From: Octopus sinensis | Lineage: Eukaryota | Assembly (NCBI RefSeq): GCF_006345805.1 | Contig: NW_021832611.1 | Coordinates: 1 to 64,000 of the forward strand | Reading direction: 5' to 3' | DNA length: 64,000 nt | Shown here: piece after piece, positions 47,164-61,200 of the stretch | Layout of the letters: each line of letters starts with the position of its first letter | Position numbering within the stretch: position 1 is the stretch's first letter | Position numbers and translations under genes: made by a program | The notes under the pieces: generated by a model | What the model saw: the letters and a program-made list of their open reading frames with translations, nothing else | The model's database searches: none | What the model was told of the DNA's origin: nothing

Positions 47164-50100
47164 ATGTTATTTCTTAAAATAATTCGATCAAGTCGAAACA
47201 CTCTTAACTTAAAAAATTTTTCATCTCGAAGAAACCCGCTAAACATCAAAATGATCCCTAAAGAACTCCACGACTCTATTTTTGGCCAAAACAGCGTTTT
47301 TTTTATTAAAAATAAAAAACAAGGTCTTTTACGAACAAGAACGTGTCATAAAAGCCCAAAAACACCTTCAAACCTTTATAAAGAACTCCAATTTAGAATC
47401 TCAAACCGCCGATGACATAACAATAAAGTTACCTGACCTTCCCGGCAAAAATATCGAGAATATGTTTTCAAAAATGGCCGAGTCTATTTCTCTTCCTTAT
47501 TTAAAACTGGCAAATGAACTATCAGAATGCCAGTCTCTCCCTTCAATGCCAAAAGAATGGAAAATGATAGAAGGTCTTTGTTTTTTTCATTTCAGGGTGG
47601 TTAAAATACAACGAGGATGGCTCGGCAATACAAGTTGATTACCCAGAAGAAACAGCTCTTGTATTTGACGTTGAGACTCTCGTTCGAGAGGAAGGTCGTC
47701 CTGTCATGGCCGTCGCACTTTCAGCAACAAATTGGTAATATTGGATATATATATGGTTAGGTATGGGTGGTGTAGTCGTTATTTAACCAATTCTGATTAT
47801 TTTTATGGATCAAGAAGGAGACTTTCTGATCTTATTCCGATGGAGACAGTGGCTGATACTGACATGGCTAAACATTCGTCTTCCATTCCAAGGCTTCTGG
47901 TAGGTCATAATGTCTCATTTGATCGTTCTTTCATAAAGGAGGAATACCTCTTACAGGTCATATTTTATATATTAATAACATAGGGGACTAAAATGAGATT
48001 TATTGACACAATGTCACTCCATATTGCTTGTTCGGGATTCACGAGTGATCAAAAAATGGCCATTCGACAAAAGTCAATAGTGGAAGATGAGACAGAAGCT
48101 GAGATTTGGATGAATTTGGGGACAACCAACTCCCTACAAGACGTCCATGCATATCACTGCAAAGGCCAACTCTTAAAAAAAGACCTCCGAAAAATATTCG
48201 TGACAGGATCAGTGACTGATGTACGTCAATCATTCAATGAACTTATTGATTATTGTGCTAATGACGTACTGGCTACATTCAGAGTATTTAGTCGTCTTTT
48301 TAAGTTGTATTGTTCTCGGTTTATTTTGATTTTATAACTTAAGATTTCCGTCGGATGTGACTTTGGCTGGAATGTTAGAAATGGGATCCATGTATTTGCC
48401 AGTAAACGAGAATTGGGAACATTTTTTGAGTCGGTCACAAAATAAATTCCTCCAAGATGAAAAGAAAATAAAACGTCTTTTATTAAACGCGGCAAACAGC
48501 GCCGTGGCAAATATCAAAAAATCTGCTGATTGTCCTTGGACCTGGGACCTTGATTGGAGAACAATTCCCTTCAAACACAAAAAAATACCCAAAAAACAAC
48601 AAATCGATCAACTTTCTGAACTATTCAAGAAGGAACGTGTTCTAAGCATGAACTATCTCAATGATTATCCACGGTTAAGTAAATCCTGGTTAAAATTGTC
48701 AGCTGGTATAGAAATATATGTGATAGTCCTCAAAGTAATGAAAGAACGACATTCTCTCCTTCGAATTTGTCACTTTCAAAGAGAATTGTCACTAAATTGC
48801 TAAAACTAAGTTTTTTTGGATGTCCGTTATTTTACCACTCCCTTTATGGCTGGGGATTTCTTGTTCCCGCGCTTGGAGTGACTGAAAGATCAGATACGGA
48901 TAAATTATATCCTTATCCTTCAAAGTATTTGTTTGTGGTTTGAATTTTTCAGATTTGCCCTTTTTAATATCGTAAAGTTTGTCTTTAATCATTCCGGAGA
49001 AAATTGTGACGATTTTTTAGAAAATATTTTCAAAAATGGGCCTGAAATACTCAATAATGTTGAGTTACGGAATAATACTTATTGGAAGGTTGTTTTAATT
49101 CATTTTATTGTAGTTAGGGAATTGGTTTGAGCGGAAATTAAGTTCCTATTATGAAAAAAGAATCCCCCTTTTACAGGATGTCGATGGGGTACCTCCATCT
49201 TGGAATTTTTGTCGTTTTTTGAGACAAGTTATAAAAATTACTCAAATTATTATAGGATTGTTCAACTCGTAAAATCAACATTGTTTTATGCAAGGAAAAC
49301 GTTGAAAAACTCAAAAACGGTCAATTAGTCTCTGAGTTTGCTCCAGAATCCACAGATTTGTTGATTTGGGCCACAACTTTGACTTATTGGCGAAATAACC
49401 TTGATAGAATTAAGTTTAACAATTAAATACATTTTGAGGTCTCAATACGTCGTTTGGTTAAATCAAAACGAGATTGCTTCCCCAACCTCCAAAGGTTTAT
49501 TTGGGGCAATACTTCCACGTGTTATTGTCTCAGGGACAGTGACGAGACGGGCAGTTGAGCCTACATGGCTGACTGCTAGTAATGCAAGAGTATTTGTTAG
49601 CTTTGATTACCATCAGACTGATCGTATTGGCAGTGAACTGAAAGCTATGATTCAATCGCCCGTGGACTATCATTTTGTTGGGGCAGATGTAGATTTGGAG
49701 GAGTTGTGGATTGCTTCTCTTCTTGGGGATGCATATTTTTCAAAAATTCATGGCAATAAGTTTTTTGTGAATTTTTAGGAAGTACTGGGTTTTCGTGGAT
49801 GCTTCATCAGGGAAGTAAATCTGAGGGGTCCGATCTCCATAGTCGCACTGCTGAGATCATTGGACTCTCTCGTTCTCAGGCTAAGGTTTAAATTTGGAAT
49901 ATTTTGTTTAGGTTTTTAATTTTTCCCGAATTTATGGTTCTGGAGTAAACTCAACTGCCGCAATGATGATGGCCTGTAATGCGAAATTGTCGCAGGAGGA
50001 GGCTTTATTAAAGGCAAATAATTTGTATCGTCAGACGAAAGGGAGACGTGTGAGGTTTACTAATATATTTAATCTTTTTAGCCTATCCAGAGATTATCGA

Positions 50101-50731
50101 TGGGTTGGAGGAAGGTATATTTCTAAATCATTTGTTAGCGAATCTGACGTCTTTAATGTGATGGAGGCAATTGCATTTTCAGAGAACCCTCGTACGCCAT
50201 TTCTAGGTTGTCTTATATCACAGGCACTGACACCGTCTGCTGTTGGTCAAAAAGTAGTTATTTTTTACATAAAATAGTTTTCTCGTTCTCGGCTAAATTG
50301 GGTTATACAGAGCTCTGCTGTCGATTTTTTGCATTTATTGCTCACAGCAACTCGTTGGTTGATGTCTGATGCTGGAATTAGTGGCCGTCTGGCACTCAGC
50401 ATTCACGATGAAGTACGATTTATAGTGCCTTCTTCTAAACGTTATGAAGCTGCATTTTTATTACAAGTTGCCCATCTTTTAACGAGGTGTGCCTTTTCTA
50501 ATTCTCTTGGAATGAGAGATCTTCCTTCTGTTGGTGTGTTTTAATATTGTATAGTGTGTGGCGTACTTTTCGTCGATAGAGATTGATCGGTGTATTAGGA
50601 AGGAACCCTCTGACTCCTGTATTACTCCTTCTAATCCATTGGGGATGTTAAAGGGCTATGGTATTCCCGATGGTGAATCACTTGGCATTGAGAAGCTTGT
50701 TGAAAAAAATAGTAATCTCAATAATAATTGA
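47164..50731 (+). CDS. POLG: Mitochondrial DNA polymerase gamma catalytic subunit
   Basis: NPLNIKMI, Exo I FDVET, Exo [36 protein letters not shown], Pol A VGADVD, Pol [12 protein letters not shown], Pol C SIHDEVR; one apparent frameshift at about 48840. Confidence 0.95.
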
Positions 50732-50816
50732 GTAGCTCACTTTGATCCATTTTTATATTTGAAATGTTTTGTTTTTTTACTCGAGTGTAATTAAATCATC
50801 ATAATTAAGGATCATC

Positions 50817-50950
50817 ATGAGTGCCAGACGGCTCTTCCAGCGAATCTCGGTCGCAGTGCTCCGCGGAAACTGCCACTCGATACGCAGTGCGGCGACTTTG
50901 AGCTGACCTCCAGGCTCTTTATTAATTCGTGTATAACTTATTCCCCATTT
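50817..50950 (+). mobile_element. Very short 3'-end CRE copy
   Basis: Nearly identical to the reverse complement of about 45280-45405 (LFQRISVAVLRGNCHSIRSAATLS*). Confidence 0.85.
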
Positions 50951-51714
50951 TAATTAAATATTTGTTAGTTAATTTAAGGATGAAATTTAATAAACGACAG
51001 ATTTTTTTAATATAGAGAATCTAAGTTTTCAACTGACACACGTCTTTTTGAAACCATTTTCCAGATATTTTTATTGACACAATTCCTGGCACAGAAATCC
51101 GTTTTAGATTGAGTGACCTTCTCTCGCTTCCTTCACCTGACAGAATTCTTCTGCTTATTCCCCTGTCGGCTATCATAAAAATCCTTTTTGTACTTTACTT
51201 AAATACTCTTAAGAGTTTTTTCCATAACTGTAGTCTGCTATACCATTTTCAAGTCAATTTATCAATTATAGAACCTTTGATTGTATCAACTACCTTTCGT
51301 GCATTCTTATGGCGTTTGTAAAACTTGCTGATATTATCATCCTAAGTTAACATTAGAGGCATTATGTTCACTTTAGCATTGTGTTTTACCGCTAGTTCAC
51401 AACACGCACGTCGTATTTGTTCATTATCTCTATTTTCTCTTGTTTCAGTAATTGCAGAAAAATTATTTCAACTTTGATCAGCATGATTATTCTTTTTACC
51501 TCATCCAGTATAAATATATGCGATTCATTTTACTGGACTTTGGTTTCCGCGTTATTAGTGTATCCACGTCTATTTTTACAAGATATTATGTTTTATTTTT
51601 ATATTTGATTACTTAAATTATTTTGTGTCAGAATTAATAATGATTTCAAACATCGCTTTTAAGTCAACCTGATTTTTATAAAATATAAATATTGTTGTAA
51701 AATGTTATTTTTAC

Positions 51715-52005
51715 AATTCTCGTTATCGTCCCCCTGCCCGCAAGGTAATGAGTACTTCTGGTACGAAACAGTTGATAAATGGGGATCTCTTGGACTTCTA
51801 GAACGAAACAGCTGAAACGCTTAGGAAGCACTCAATGACCACCGAAAAAGGACTTCTAGAACTCTCACCCTAGGACATCGTCGTCTCAGTCCGATCATTG
51901 CGGGCAGGCTCGAAGCTTTCAGAAGGATCTACTTCGCTTGCGACATGAATCGGGAATCACGATGGATTATAATTAACTGGCTTAACCTGGTCCTTTGGTC
52001 AATAA
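51715..52005 (+). mobile_element. 5'-truncated, diverged SINE copy
   Basis: Aligns to the reverse complement of about 41990-42310. Confidence 0.75.
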
Positions 52006-52739
52006 AATCTCTTTACAAATCTCTCCTACAATTCAAAACTGTTTAAAAATGATTCAAACGGTATGAATAAAAATTCGGTAGAGTTCTCAAAATTATCGAG
52101 AAGAAGCACCTTAGTAAAATTTTTAATTTTGCTAGATATTCTAACATCGTCTAGTAATGCACATTAAAACTTTAAACAAATTAAAAATACCTTGCAATTC
52201 CATCAGATCCATCCACTCGACAGCTTTTCATCAATTTTCGAATATTCCATCTCTTTGAAAATTTTCATATGGGAATTAACGCTTTTATATTCTTCGAAAA
52301 TCATTCTTAAAAATATCGTTAATTGTCCTCCTCGAAGTGTTTATTTCAAACATAAGAAAATCTAACAGCTATTCACTGACAGACAGTATTTTAATCTTTA
52401 TAACTCATTATTTTAATTTTTTGTTGAATTTTAAGCCTAGAGCCACGTTGGGTTATTTTAGGGAATTTACTGTACTTTTAATTTTTACAATTCAAAATGC
52501 TACAAACTTTAATGTAATTTAAGGATCATCTGCCTATATTTGAACATTTGTGCAAAGAAAGTTCATTTTTACAATATTGTTCTATGAAGAGTTTGAACTG
52601 TTCCTATACGCAACTGTCATGTCGTTGTAGTCGGAACACTGATTCAAATCAGGAAAACTAATTATTTTTAGTGTTTTTTTATTGTTTTAATTAAAGTTAC
52701 TATTTTAATTTTTTTATTTAAAAATCTATTAGATATATC

Positions 52740-54559
52740 ATGACTATTTCATGTGGTGATCGTGTTGAGCTTAATGGCTCCATAGGAACTGTGAAGTACC
52801 ACGGTGAAGTAAAGGATAAAAATGGTTTAAGACCGTCACTATGAAATCTATTAAGGAACGTGGATTGGTGTTGACTGGGATGACTCATCAAGAGGTAAAC
52901 ACAACGGAACATTTAATGGCCAATTCTATTTCAAAGCCAAGTTTGCATTTCTATTATAACATTTAAGCAACCCACAAAGTGGATCATTCATTTCTCCTTC
53001 AAAGGCAAATTTCGGCTTAACATTTTATGAAGCTTTAATAAAAAAATATAATTTTTATTTAACATCAAATGAAATTGAAGAGGACCAAGTCATCACTACC
53101 ATCTTTAATAAATCAATAAATTTTATTGGTGCAAAAAAATTAAAAGAATCAGCCAAGTTTTATATTTTTATATTTTATTAGAAAATATAATTTTATTACT
53201 ATTATTGATTTGTCCGACTATTATGTTAACGGTCTTGGTAAACCGGAAAATAATGAAGAAATTGATAGTTTTCTTGGCCAGACAACTCAACTGAATTTGT
53301 GCAATTCTCTGATATCAAACGGAGAGGATGTTTTGGAAATTTGTAGGAAAATTCAAAATTTAGAATTTCTTGATTTGAGTTTTAATAAGATTCAATGGAA
53401 AGAAAAAAGTGGGGAAAAACATTTTCTTGTTTCCATTGCTTTAAATTGCTGTTTTCTCGATAATGTTTCTATTCCAATGTGTATGTGGACTGGACTTGAA
53501 ACAATTTCATTGAGTCAAAATTTGATTTCGGAAATATCATATTTATCTGTATTTTATGATTCGTTGACTTCGCTTGATCTGAGCTTTAATCTTATTTCGT
53601 CGTGGGATAACATCAACGATCTTCGTTTTCTTAAAAAGTGTATTTTTTATTATTTTATTTTTTAAAATTATTTATAGATTGAATTTTCTAAATATCTCTT
53701 CGAATCCTATCCGTTCAATTAAAATCCCCAAAAATGAAGCTGGAATATTTCCAGCCTTATCTGTACTTTATCTTAAAGATTGTCCTATTGATGATGTTAG
53801 TGTCTAATAATGCATTTTATATAGATATGTTCATTTGAGGAACTAAATTTCCTTCCAAAATTGAGGGAATTGTGTTGTGATTTTGGTACAATTAAAAATT
53901 CTCAGAGACCATTGCTAATTTCTATATTAACCAATATAAAGGTCCTCAACAGAATAGAAATTACATTCAATGAACGATTTTTAGCTGAAGCTGCAAACAA
54001 GAGCCGTTTTGACAGCAATAAATTCAAAAAAGAATCACAAAAATGCAATAGTTTGGATTTAAATATTTTTTATTCTACCAAGGTCCTGAAAACGGGCTTA
54101 CCGGGAGCTCAATAATCAAGAAAACAATCGCGGAGGATTTAATATGTTCATATTTTATAATATTTGTAGCATTAAAGATTGTAAATGAAAATTCTGGGAA
54201 GGAGTTGGTGAAGAAATTCCCATGTTATTTTTTGTTATTTATACCATTTTAAATAGGTCTAATTGAGATATGCAGATTTAAAATGTTATTGAGGAAATTG
54301 TTTGAAATACAGCGCAAGAATGTACTTTCTATTTTCTTATTTGACAAAGTTTTCTTTTTTATAGAAATATGAAAGGATTTGGGCAAAATGGTTGAAATTG
54401 ATGACGATACGCAAAAACTGGATTATTATAATGTAGAAAATGATTCTACTATTTACCTCAGATATTAATTCATTTTTTAGTAACAACAATTTTTTAATTA
54501 ATTTTATAAACTTTTTTAAAATCATTATTACAGTTCTTAAAGTCATGAAAAAGTGTTGA
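52740..54559 (+). CDS. TBCE: Tubulin-specific chaperone E (CAP-Gly, LRR, UBL)
   Basis: GDRVELNGSIGTVKYHGEV..WIGVDWDDSSRGKHNG; LRRs LEFLDLSFNKI and LTSLDLSFNLISSW; LDNYNVENDSTI near the C-terminus. Confidence 0.9.
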
Positions 54560-54659
54560 TACTGCACAAGGTTAATTTTAATTATTTCTCTACTGTGTTT
54601 TCTTAATTTAAATTCTTTAAACATGTTGCAACATTTTTTGATATAAGAACTATTCTAGG

Positions 54660-55020
54660 ACATGGTTAGATAATAAGGATATGGTTAGTTAGTTAGTAGC
54701 GCCGAATTGCCCGACATGCAGGGAGCTAGCGACTATTAAGCGACGCAAAGGCTGGGCCGGTCGCTCCCAGAGATCCCGAAGCGCTGCGCGTGGTAGCGAA
54801 ATTTCTGGTGGTCTAGGACAGGAGAACAAGTGGTGGACGAAGATTGAGTAAAGGTTAATAAGTGGAGATGTCTGGATGTTGCTATTCACGTAGCAACAAA
54901 AAGACCTACAATCTTTTACCCATTAGTGAATTGATCATCTGATTCGCTCTTGGCGGCTATTGAGTAGACACAAAGCCGTCGCTCGCACCCGTTGCTTCTG
55001 TTCTCTGATGACATTGAAAC
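54660..55020 (-). mobile_element. 3' fragment of another Ingi/Vingi-type LINE
   Basis: VHHLFSCPRPPEI...RDLWERP resembles the Ingi/Vingi C-terminal knuckle (HLF.C...DLW..P); (CTAA)n-like tail. Confidence 0.45.
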
Positions 55021-55179
55021 AAACAAGGACATTTTCTTTTATACAGTTTTTAGTTTAAAAATCATCTATAGATCTCTTATCGAAAACTCAAATCTATCCA
55101 GTTTTAGTTTAAATCATATATAGATCTCAAGTTTAAAACGTAAAATAAAATTTAAAATTAATTATTCTTCGCTTATGTA

Positions 55180-56420
55180 AGCATGTCTGCTCTCACAGGC
55201 AACGCCCGCAAATCAAGATGGTTTATCGAGCGGATATCCCTTGCGATAGTACGCTCTAATTCAGGGGTGGCCAACCTTTTTCACCGGCGAGCTACTTTTC
55301 ATTTTGCGATTTTTTGGAGATCGACTTATATATTTTAATATCAAAAATTTTATTTTACAATTAAAAATTAATGCGATTTTTGGCATTGTAATTCACTTGC
55401 GATTATTTCAAATTCTGGCTCGTATAAGCTTATTGCTATTCTCATGCAATCCCCAAGATGGTCATCCGTTAAACGTGTCCTGTATTGAGATTTTATCATT
55501 TTCATACTTGAAAATGATGTTTCGGATAAATATGTGCTTCCAAAGCATGAAAGAATTCGTTGATACAAATCAATCAAAATTGAATATTTTTCCTGAGACA
55601 TAAATTTCCACATGTTGACATTTGAATGTAATTTTAAAGTGATGTCATTTTTTAGATTTATAATTTCTATTTGACTTTTTCTTCGATCAACGTCAAAATC
55701 TTGCTAAATTGAAAAACACGAACATGCGTAAAGATCCTTTTTTAACTGCGAAAGAAGATTTTCAGAAATGCTTTCAGCCCTTCTGACAATTGACTGTTTT
55801 GAGAGCTGAAGCTCTTTGATGCAATTTGAAATTTCCTGTTTATTTTTCATACCATCAAATAGTGAATCGGCAGCTTCCAAAAAACAAGATTTTAAAATTT
55901 CCCCATCAGTGAAAGGTTTTTTGTGTTTTACGAGGAGACGAGTCACTCGCAATGATGCAATTGTTGCAGATCTGGACGAATTAATAAACTTTTTCAAAAT
56001 TGTATGTTGTGAAAAAAAAGATTTTTTTAATTGTTCAACTTTCTCTTCCCGTAATAAGGAATTTAAAGGAAAGTGTTTGTTGAACTCGGGATGTAAAGAA
56101 TTAAAATGCCGACAAAGATTTCCCCTTTTTGGTAATGAAATGATTTTATTGCATAGCATACATGTGCATCGTAAAAATATAGTCTTTTTCCCATTTGGCA
56201 TTAAATTTATATGATTTGGACTTGTTACACCTCATAACAAGACACGTGAAAAATACTTACTTTAATATTGATAAATATTTTTTTTATAATAATTTAAACA
56301 CAAAAAAAATAATTAGCAATTTATATATCGAGCGATCGACCACGAAACATGCCGCGATCGACCGGTTGGCCACCCCTGCTCTAATTCTTTCTCGATCACG
56401 TCGGCTTCCCGTCCATGAGG
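55180..56420 (+). mobile_element. CRE 3' fragment split by the hAT element
   Basis: Rejoined flanks read SRWFIERISLAIVRSN|SFSITSASRP*. Confidence 0.7.
55262..56378 (-). mobile_element. Internally deleted hAT (Buster/GTF2IRD2-like) transposon
   Basis: 15-bp TIR CAGGGGTGGCCAACC; 8-bp TSD ctctaatt; BED-like CMLC..RHFNSLH, KPFTDGEILK, and dimerisation FGSTYLSETSFSSMKMIKSQYRTRLTD. Confidence 0.92.
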
Positions 56421-56429
56421 CTTAGTTTC

Positions 56430-57400
56430 GGATTACTTTTTTTATGTATATAATTGTTTGGAAAAAATTTCCCAATTGCCAAAAAATTATTTTGTCACTT
56501 TTTGGTTCTTTTCATGTGAACTATCTTGGTATCTCCACCTGAAAATTCTACAATAACGCGGTTATTAGGTAAGATTGATTTGATCGTGGCAGTATCACCA
56601 TAAGCACTTTCAAATTTTTTCAATAAAAGAGCCGGATTCGTTCCATAATCTTTATGGATCCTTATCTATACATAAAATTTATTTTAGATACCTTATCTTC
56701 AACTGAAAATGAATATTTTGACACATGAAAACTCCATTTTTTAATTCATTTTTTGGAAATAGGGCTATTCAAATTTGGGGTTCAAAATTAAAATCAAAGT
56801 CTTGTTGTTTTTTTATCACATTTCTCATTTCATCGAGATTCTCTGCATCCATGTCATCCGGAATTGCAGTATTAAACCCGTTAATTCCTCTGTATTTTAT
56901 AAAAGGAGACTTCCCTAAGAATAAAAATAAAATAGATACCAGTTGATGAATGTACAGTAAGGTTATAAAAATAGACAGCTTCACTTATGTGATTTGTCCA
57001 TTTTTATATCTTTCACGCTTCATCATTTTTAATAAGGATCTTGTTAAGGTTTAATTAAACCTTTCCACAATTCCTTGGCTTCTGGAGTTATTTGGCCTGC
57101 TGTGGACTTGTTTAATCTTGAATCTTTTGCACAATTCATGAATATGTACATTTTAAAATTCAGTCCAATTGTCAGACACGCAGTGAGTAATATTGTGAAT
57201 ATTCTTGCAATGGAAAGCCATTTCCTCTTCATTATCCAAAGTAATTACAAGCCTCGGACTTTTATCTTTCCTTTAAAGATACAGCTTTCCAGAAATCACA
57301 CAAAAATTTTCAGCTTTTTTGCTGAGTTGATATCTCTGTTGTTTTTATTTAACGGCAATAGGTACAACATTCAAAATGTCCACAATATAATTATATCAAA
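56430..57400 (-). CDS. Putative multi-exon gene, product unknown
   Basis: Several exon-like minus-strand ORFs (SPFIKYRGINGFNTAIPDDMDAENLDEMRNVIK; KWLSIARIFTILLTACLTIG) with short GT-AG gaps; no family recognised. Confidence 0.3.
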
Positions 57401-57659
57401 AAAAAATTATATTCATCAATATTCTTATCAAACAAACGAGGCATTAAACATCATGCTTAATTTATTGTTTTTTAATGATAATGGTTAACCATTGAAAAAA
57501 TAAAAATCCATAATATTATTAATTTTTTATAATAAGAAATTATTGTCATCTAAATATTTTTAATTAAAATTTTAAAAATTTAAAGCTATGGTACCATGAA
57601 CCGCGAGGTTGGAACCCTTACGTGCCAAATTAATACCATGCTTTTTAATTAACCCATAC

Positions 57660-58080
57660 TTTTGTACAACGGAGGATCTGGGGAATATCTGAGTCTGAAT
57701 CACAATCTCTTGATTCATCATAGAAGACAGTTAAGAATTGTTATTGGCTCACCTTGCCAAGAAATCGAATCCACCCTATACAATATCTGCACAGCAGACC
57801 CGTCAGTGTGGACATTACGAAAGCACGTTTGCGCCTTTGGTCCACATTCTACGATCGACCAGGATGTTTATCTAACTGGGCAATGGAATCATATTAGCAA
57901 AGGAAACAAAGATCTGCGTCCCGAGACCCCACGAAATACATTACCTATTGTTCTCAAAGGACTACAACCATTAAAATACAACTGAAAAATGGAGACGAAA
58001 AATATACTCTCAGATATTCATCAACCGCACAGCATGGAAAATTATGACGAAAGATATTTTCAATGATTGGTTAACATTGA
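57660..58080 (+). mobile_element. Possible decayed pogo/Tigger DDE transposase fragment
   Basis: LPIVLKG and AWKIMTKDIFNDWL resemble DDE_1 motifs; no TIRs found. Confidence 0.3.
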
Positions 58081-58298
58081 AAAAACTTAAATAGTTTTAA
58101 ATTAATATTATGTTCCTTAACAGTTTTAATAATAATATAATAACGCATGGGGCATGTGACATAATGTATTGTTTTTAGAAAATTTAATGTTACTGACTTG
58201 TTAATATACATCATATTTATAATAGATTTATGACAATTAAAACTTTGTCAACTCTATTATGATACCAATTTTAAAGTGATTTCTATGACAACAGACGA

Positions 58299-61200
58299 TT
58301 TTTTTATTTTGCACGTTGTTGTTGTGGTGGTGCACTTTTTCTTTTCATTTGTTCTTTTGTAATTTGGTATTCAATAATTCATTGTTGTAATTGTCATCTA
58401 TCTAATAATTATTCTCTGTTTATTCTTTTTCTGATCCTATGTCTCCCTGCCAAGTGCGAACCTACGTGCCCTCGGAAAAAGGGAAGTTATTGTTCTTCGT
58501 GCCAACTCTACTTCCACCTCTCCTGTGTCGGCTTATCGAAGATCAGCTTGGCAAGCATCGCAAACTGGAAATGTTTTCGCTGCTCTTCTACTCCTCTGTA
58601 CATCGAGGCCCCGACTCTTCCCAAAATACCTAAGGACCGGTCTTGTTCCAAAGCTCGCGAATTTCTCGTACTTTTGTCTCGTTTTCGGAAATCGAAGTCT
58701 ATCCCATTCCTAAATCGGCCAGGATCCAAGTTGCTAACTCCTTGGCTCTGGCTATTGAGCGGGCTCTGGCCTTGAATTCTTGGAGCGATTGGCTCAAGTT
58801 TCTCTCATTTGTCCCTGTCTGTCTGGGCAGCCCTTTAAACGGCACTCTTCGTGGTGACCGCTTGTTCGTCTCGCAGCAAATTAAAACAAACTGCGAGTTT
58901 TTCAACAATTCAGAATTTGATATGAGCTATTTTTCCCTTGATGCTGCTGAAAGGATCCCTCGTCCAATTCGGAGCACTCAGGACATTTCTCGAATGGTTC
59001 GCAGCAAGCTTATCAAGGCGACGTTCGGAGTGCAGTACGTGTTATTTCCTCGAACACCACAATTGCCCCCCTTCTGACAAAATCCTCGACCAATTGCGCT
59101 CTAAACACCCCGGATGATCTATCTGAAATCCCAGATCTGGTGACTGATTCTATATATCCCGTCTCTTCGACGGAAGTAACTGCCGCCCTCAGCTCTTTCC
59201 CATTCAGTAGCAGTGGGGGTATCGATGGCTCGAAACCGATTCATATAAAAGATCTGATTTCCCCTGTTACTGCAGAGGGTGGAAGACGCTTATTGTTGGC
59301 CATCACTTCCCTCTGCTCAAGAATCATCTCTGGTACGATCCCTCCTTTCGCTAGGGACGTACTCTTTTCCACAAATCTGACTGCTCTTAACAAAAGTGAT
59401 GGTGGTGTACGGCCTATCGCTGTGGGCAACATCTTCAGACGCCTGGCTGCTAAAATTATTTGTCAATCAGTGGTTCCGAAAGCAAGTGCTAAGCTTATGC
59501 CATTTCAACTGGGCGTGGGCGTGAAAGGAGCCTGCGAAGCAGCCGCCCATTGCATACGGCAGCTGTCTTCTGCAAAATGTACTGAAATCCCATTCCTCCT
59601 TAAAATTGATGTCAAAAACGCGTTCAACTCGATTCGGCGCGATCATATCCTTGAAACTGTCCGATGTCGTTTCCCTGCCTTATACCCGATCGTCCATCTG
59701 TCTTACGCCTCCCCCAGCTGTCTCTTGTTTGCCGACAATGTTATTATGTCCGAAACTGGTATTCAACAAGGCGACCCTCTTGGGCCCCTTTTATTCTCAC
59801 TCGGTGTTGATCACATTGCCCGCCAATTGTCCTCCGAGGTAAACATTTGGTACCTCGATGATGTTACTCTCGGCGGGGCTTTGGAGACCGTCAGGAATGA
59901 TATAGAAAAAATTATTTCTGGTTTTGCCTCCTTTGGGCTCGCTTTGAATGGATCCAAATCCGAGCTGATATGCTTGTCTGCGAGCCCTTCGGAATTCAAA
60001 CTTATTTTTTCCACCTTATCTCACCATATTGAAGGCCTGGGCATCACCCAGCTTGATGACCTCATCATTCTGGGTTCCCCAATCAATAGCAAGGCTACTA
60101 AGAAGGCTTTATGTGACAGGCTCGAAGAATTGGAAACTCTAATCTCCCGCATTTCCAAACTTGAATCCCATTTGGGCCTTTTCTTGCTCAAGAACTATCT
60201 CTTTATACCAAAGCTAACTTATCTCATGCGCTCATCGCCCTGCTTTCTCGAACAAGATCACTTGTCTTGTCTCGACAACATGGTCTCCAAAGCTCTTGAG
60301 CTTCTCGTAAATATCAAATTCAAACCTTCAGACATGCGACGGGTTAATTTACTTATTCGTTACGGGGGCATCGGCATTCGTTCTTGTGTTGATTTATCCC
60401 TCCCATGTTACCTTTCCTCGTTGTCTGCCTCTGCTAGTTCCTTCAACTCTGTTCTCTTCCCCTCCCCTGAACAGCCCGAGTTGTTGGAATATACGGCGGG
60501 TGTCAACATGTGGATTTCTCGTGGGCTTAAAATCCCGGACGCCCCCTCAGTTCAAAAGAACTGGGATGATATACATTGCTCCCATGTACTCGAAGACATC
60601 CGCCTACGTGCTGACCAATTTCAGTTGGCAAGCATCAATTGTGCCTGTCAACCCCACTCGGGCGATTGGCTTGACGCTTTGCCGATTTCCTCGGCTGGAA
60701 TGTTGCTGGACGACGAATCTGTCCGCATCGGAATCTGTTTACGGCTTGGCATAGAGATTTGCCAGCCGCACCATTGCAGATGTGGACAACTCATTGACAG
60801 GAGAGGTTTACAGTCTCTCTCTTGTCGCCTCAGTGCCGGCAGGATCCCCAGGCACGCCTCATTGAATGACGTTGTGACGCACGCTTAACGCCGCTGGATT
60901 TCCCTCGATGTTGGAACCGATAGGACTAGACCGTGGAGATGGAAAACGCCCCGACGGGTCGACATTATTCCCGTTCAGGAAGGGAATGGCACTCGTGTGG
61001 GATGTTACCTGCGTAGACTCATTTTCTCCATCATCGCTGGTTGACTCCGCTTCTCGTCCTGGATCTGCATCTGCCCTTGCCGAATCTAGGAAAACTGCAA
61101 AATATGCCTCTTTGACCGATTCCTGCTGCTTCATTCCCCTGGCTTTTGAGACCAGTGTGATAATTGGACTTAAAGCCCTCAAACTCCTCTCAGAGATTGG

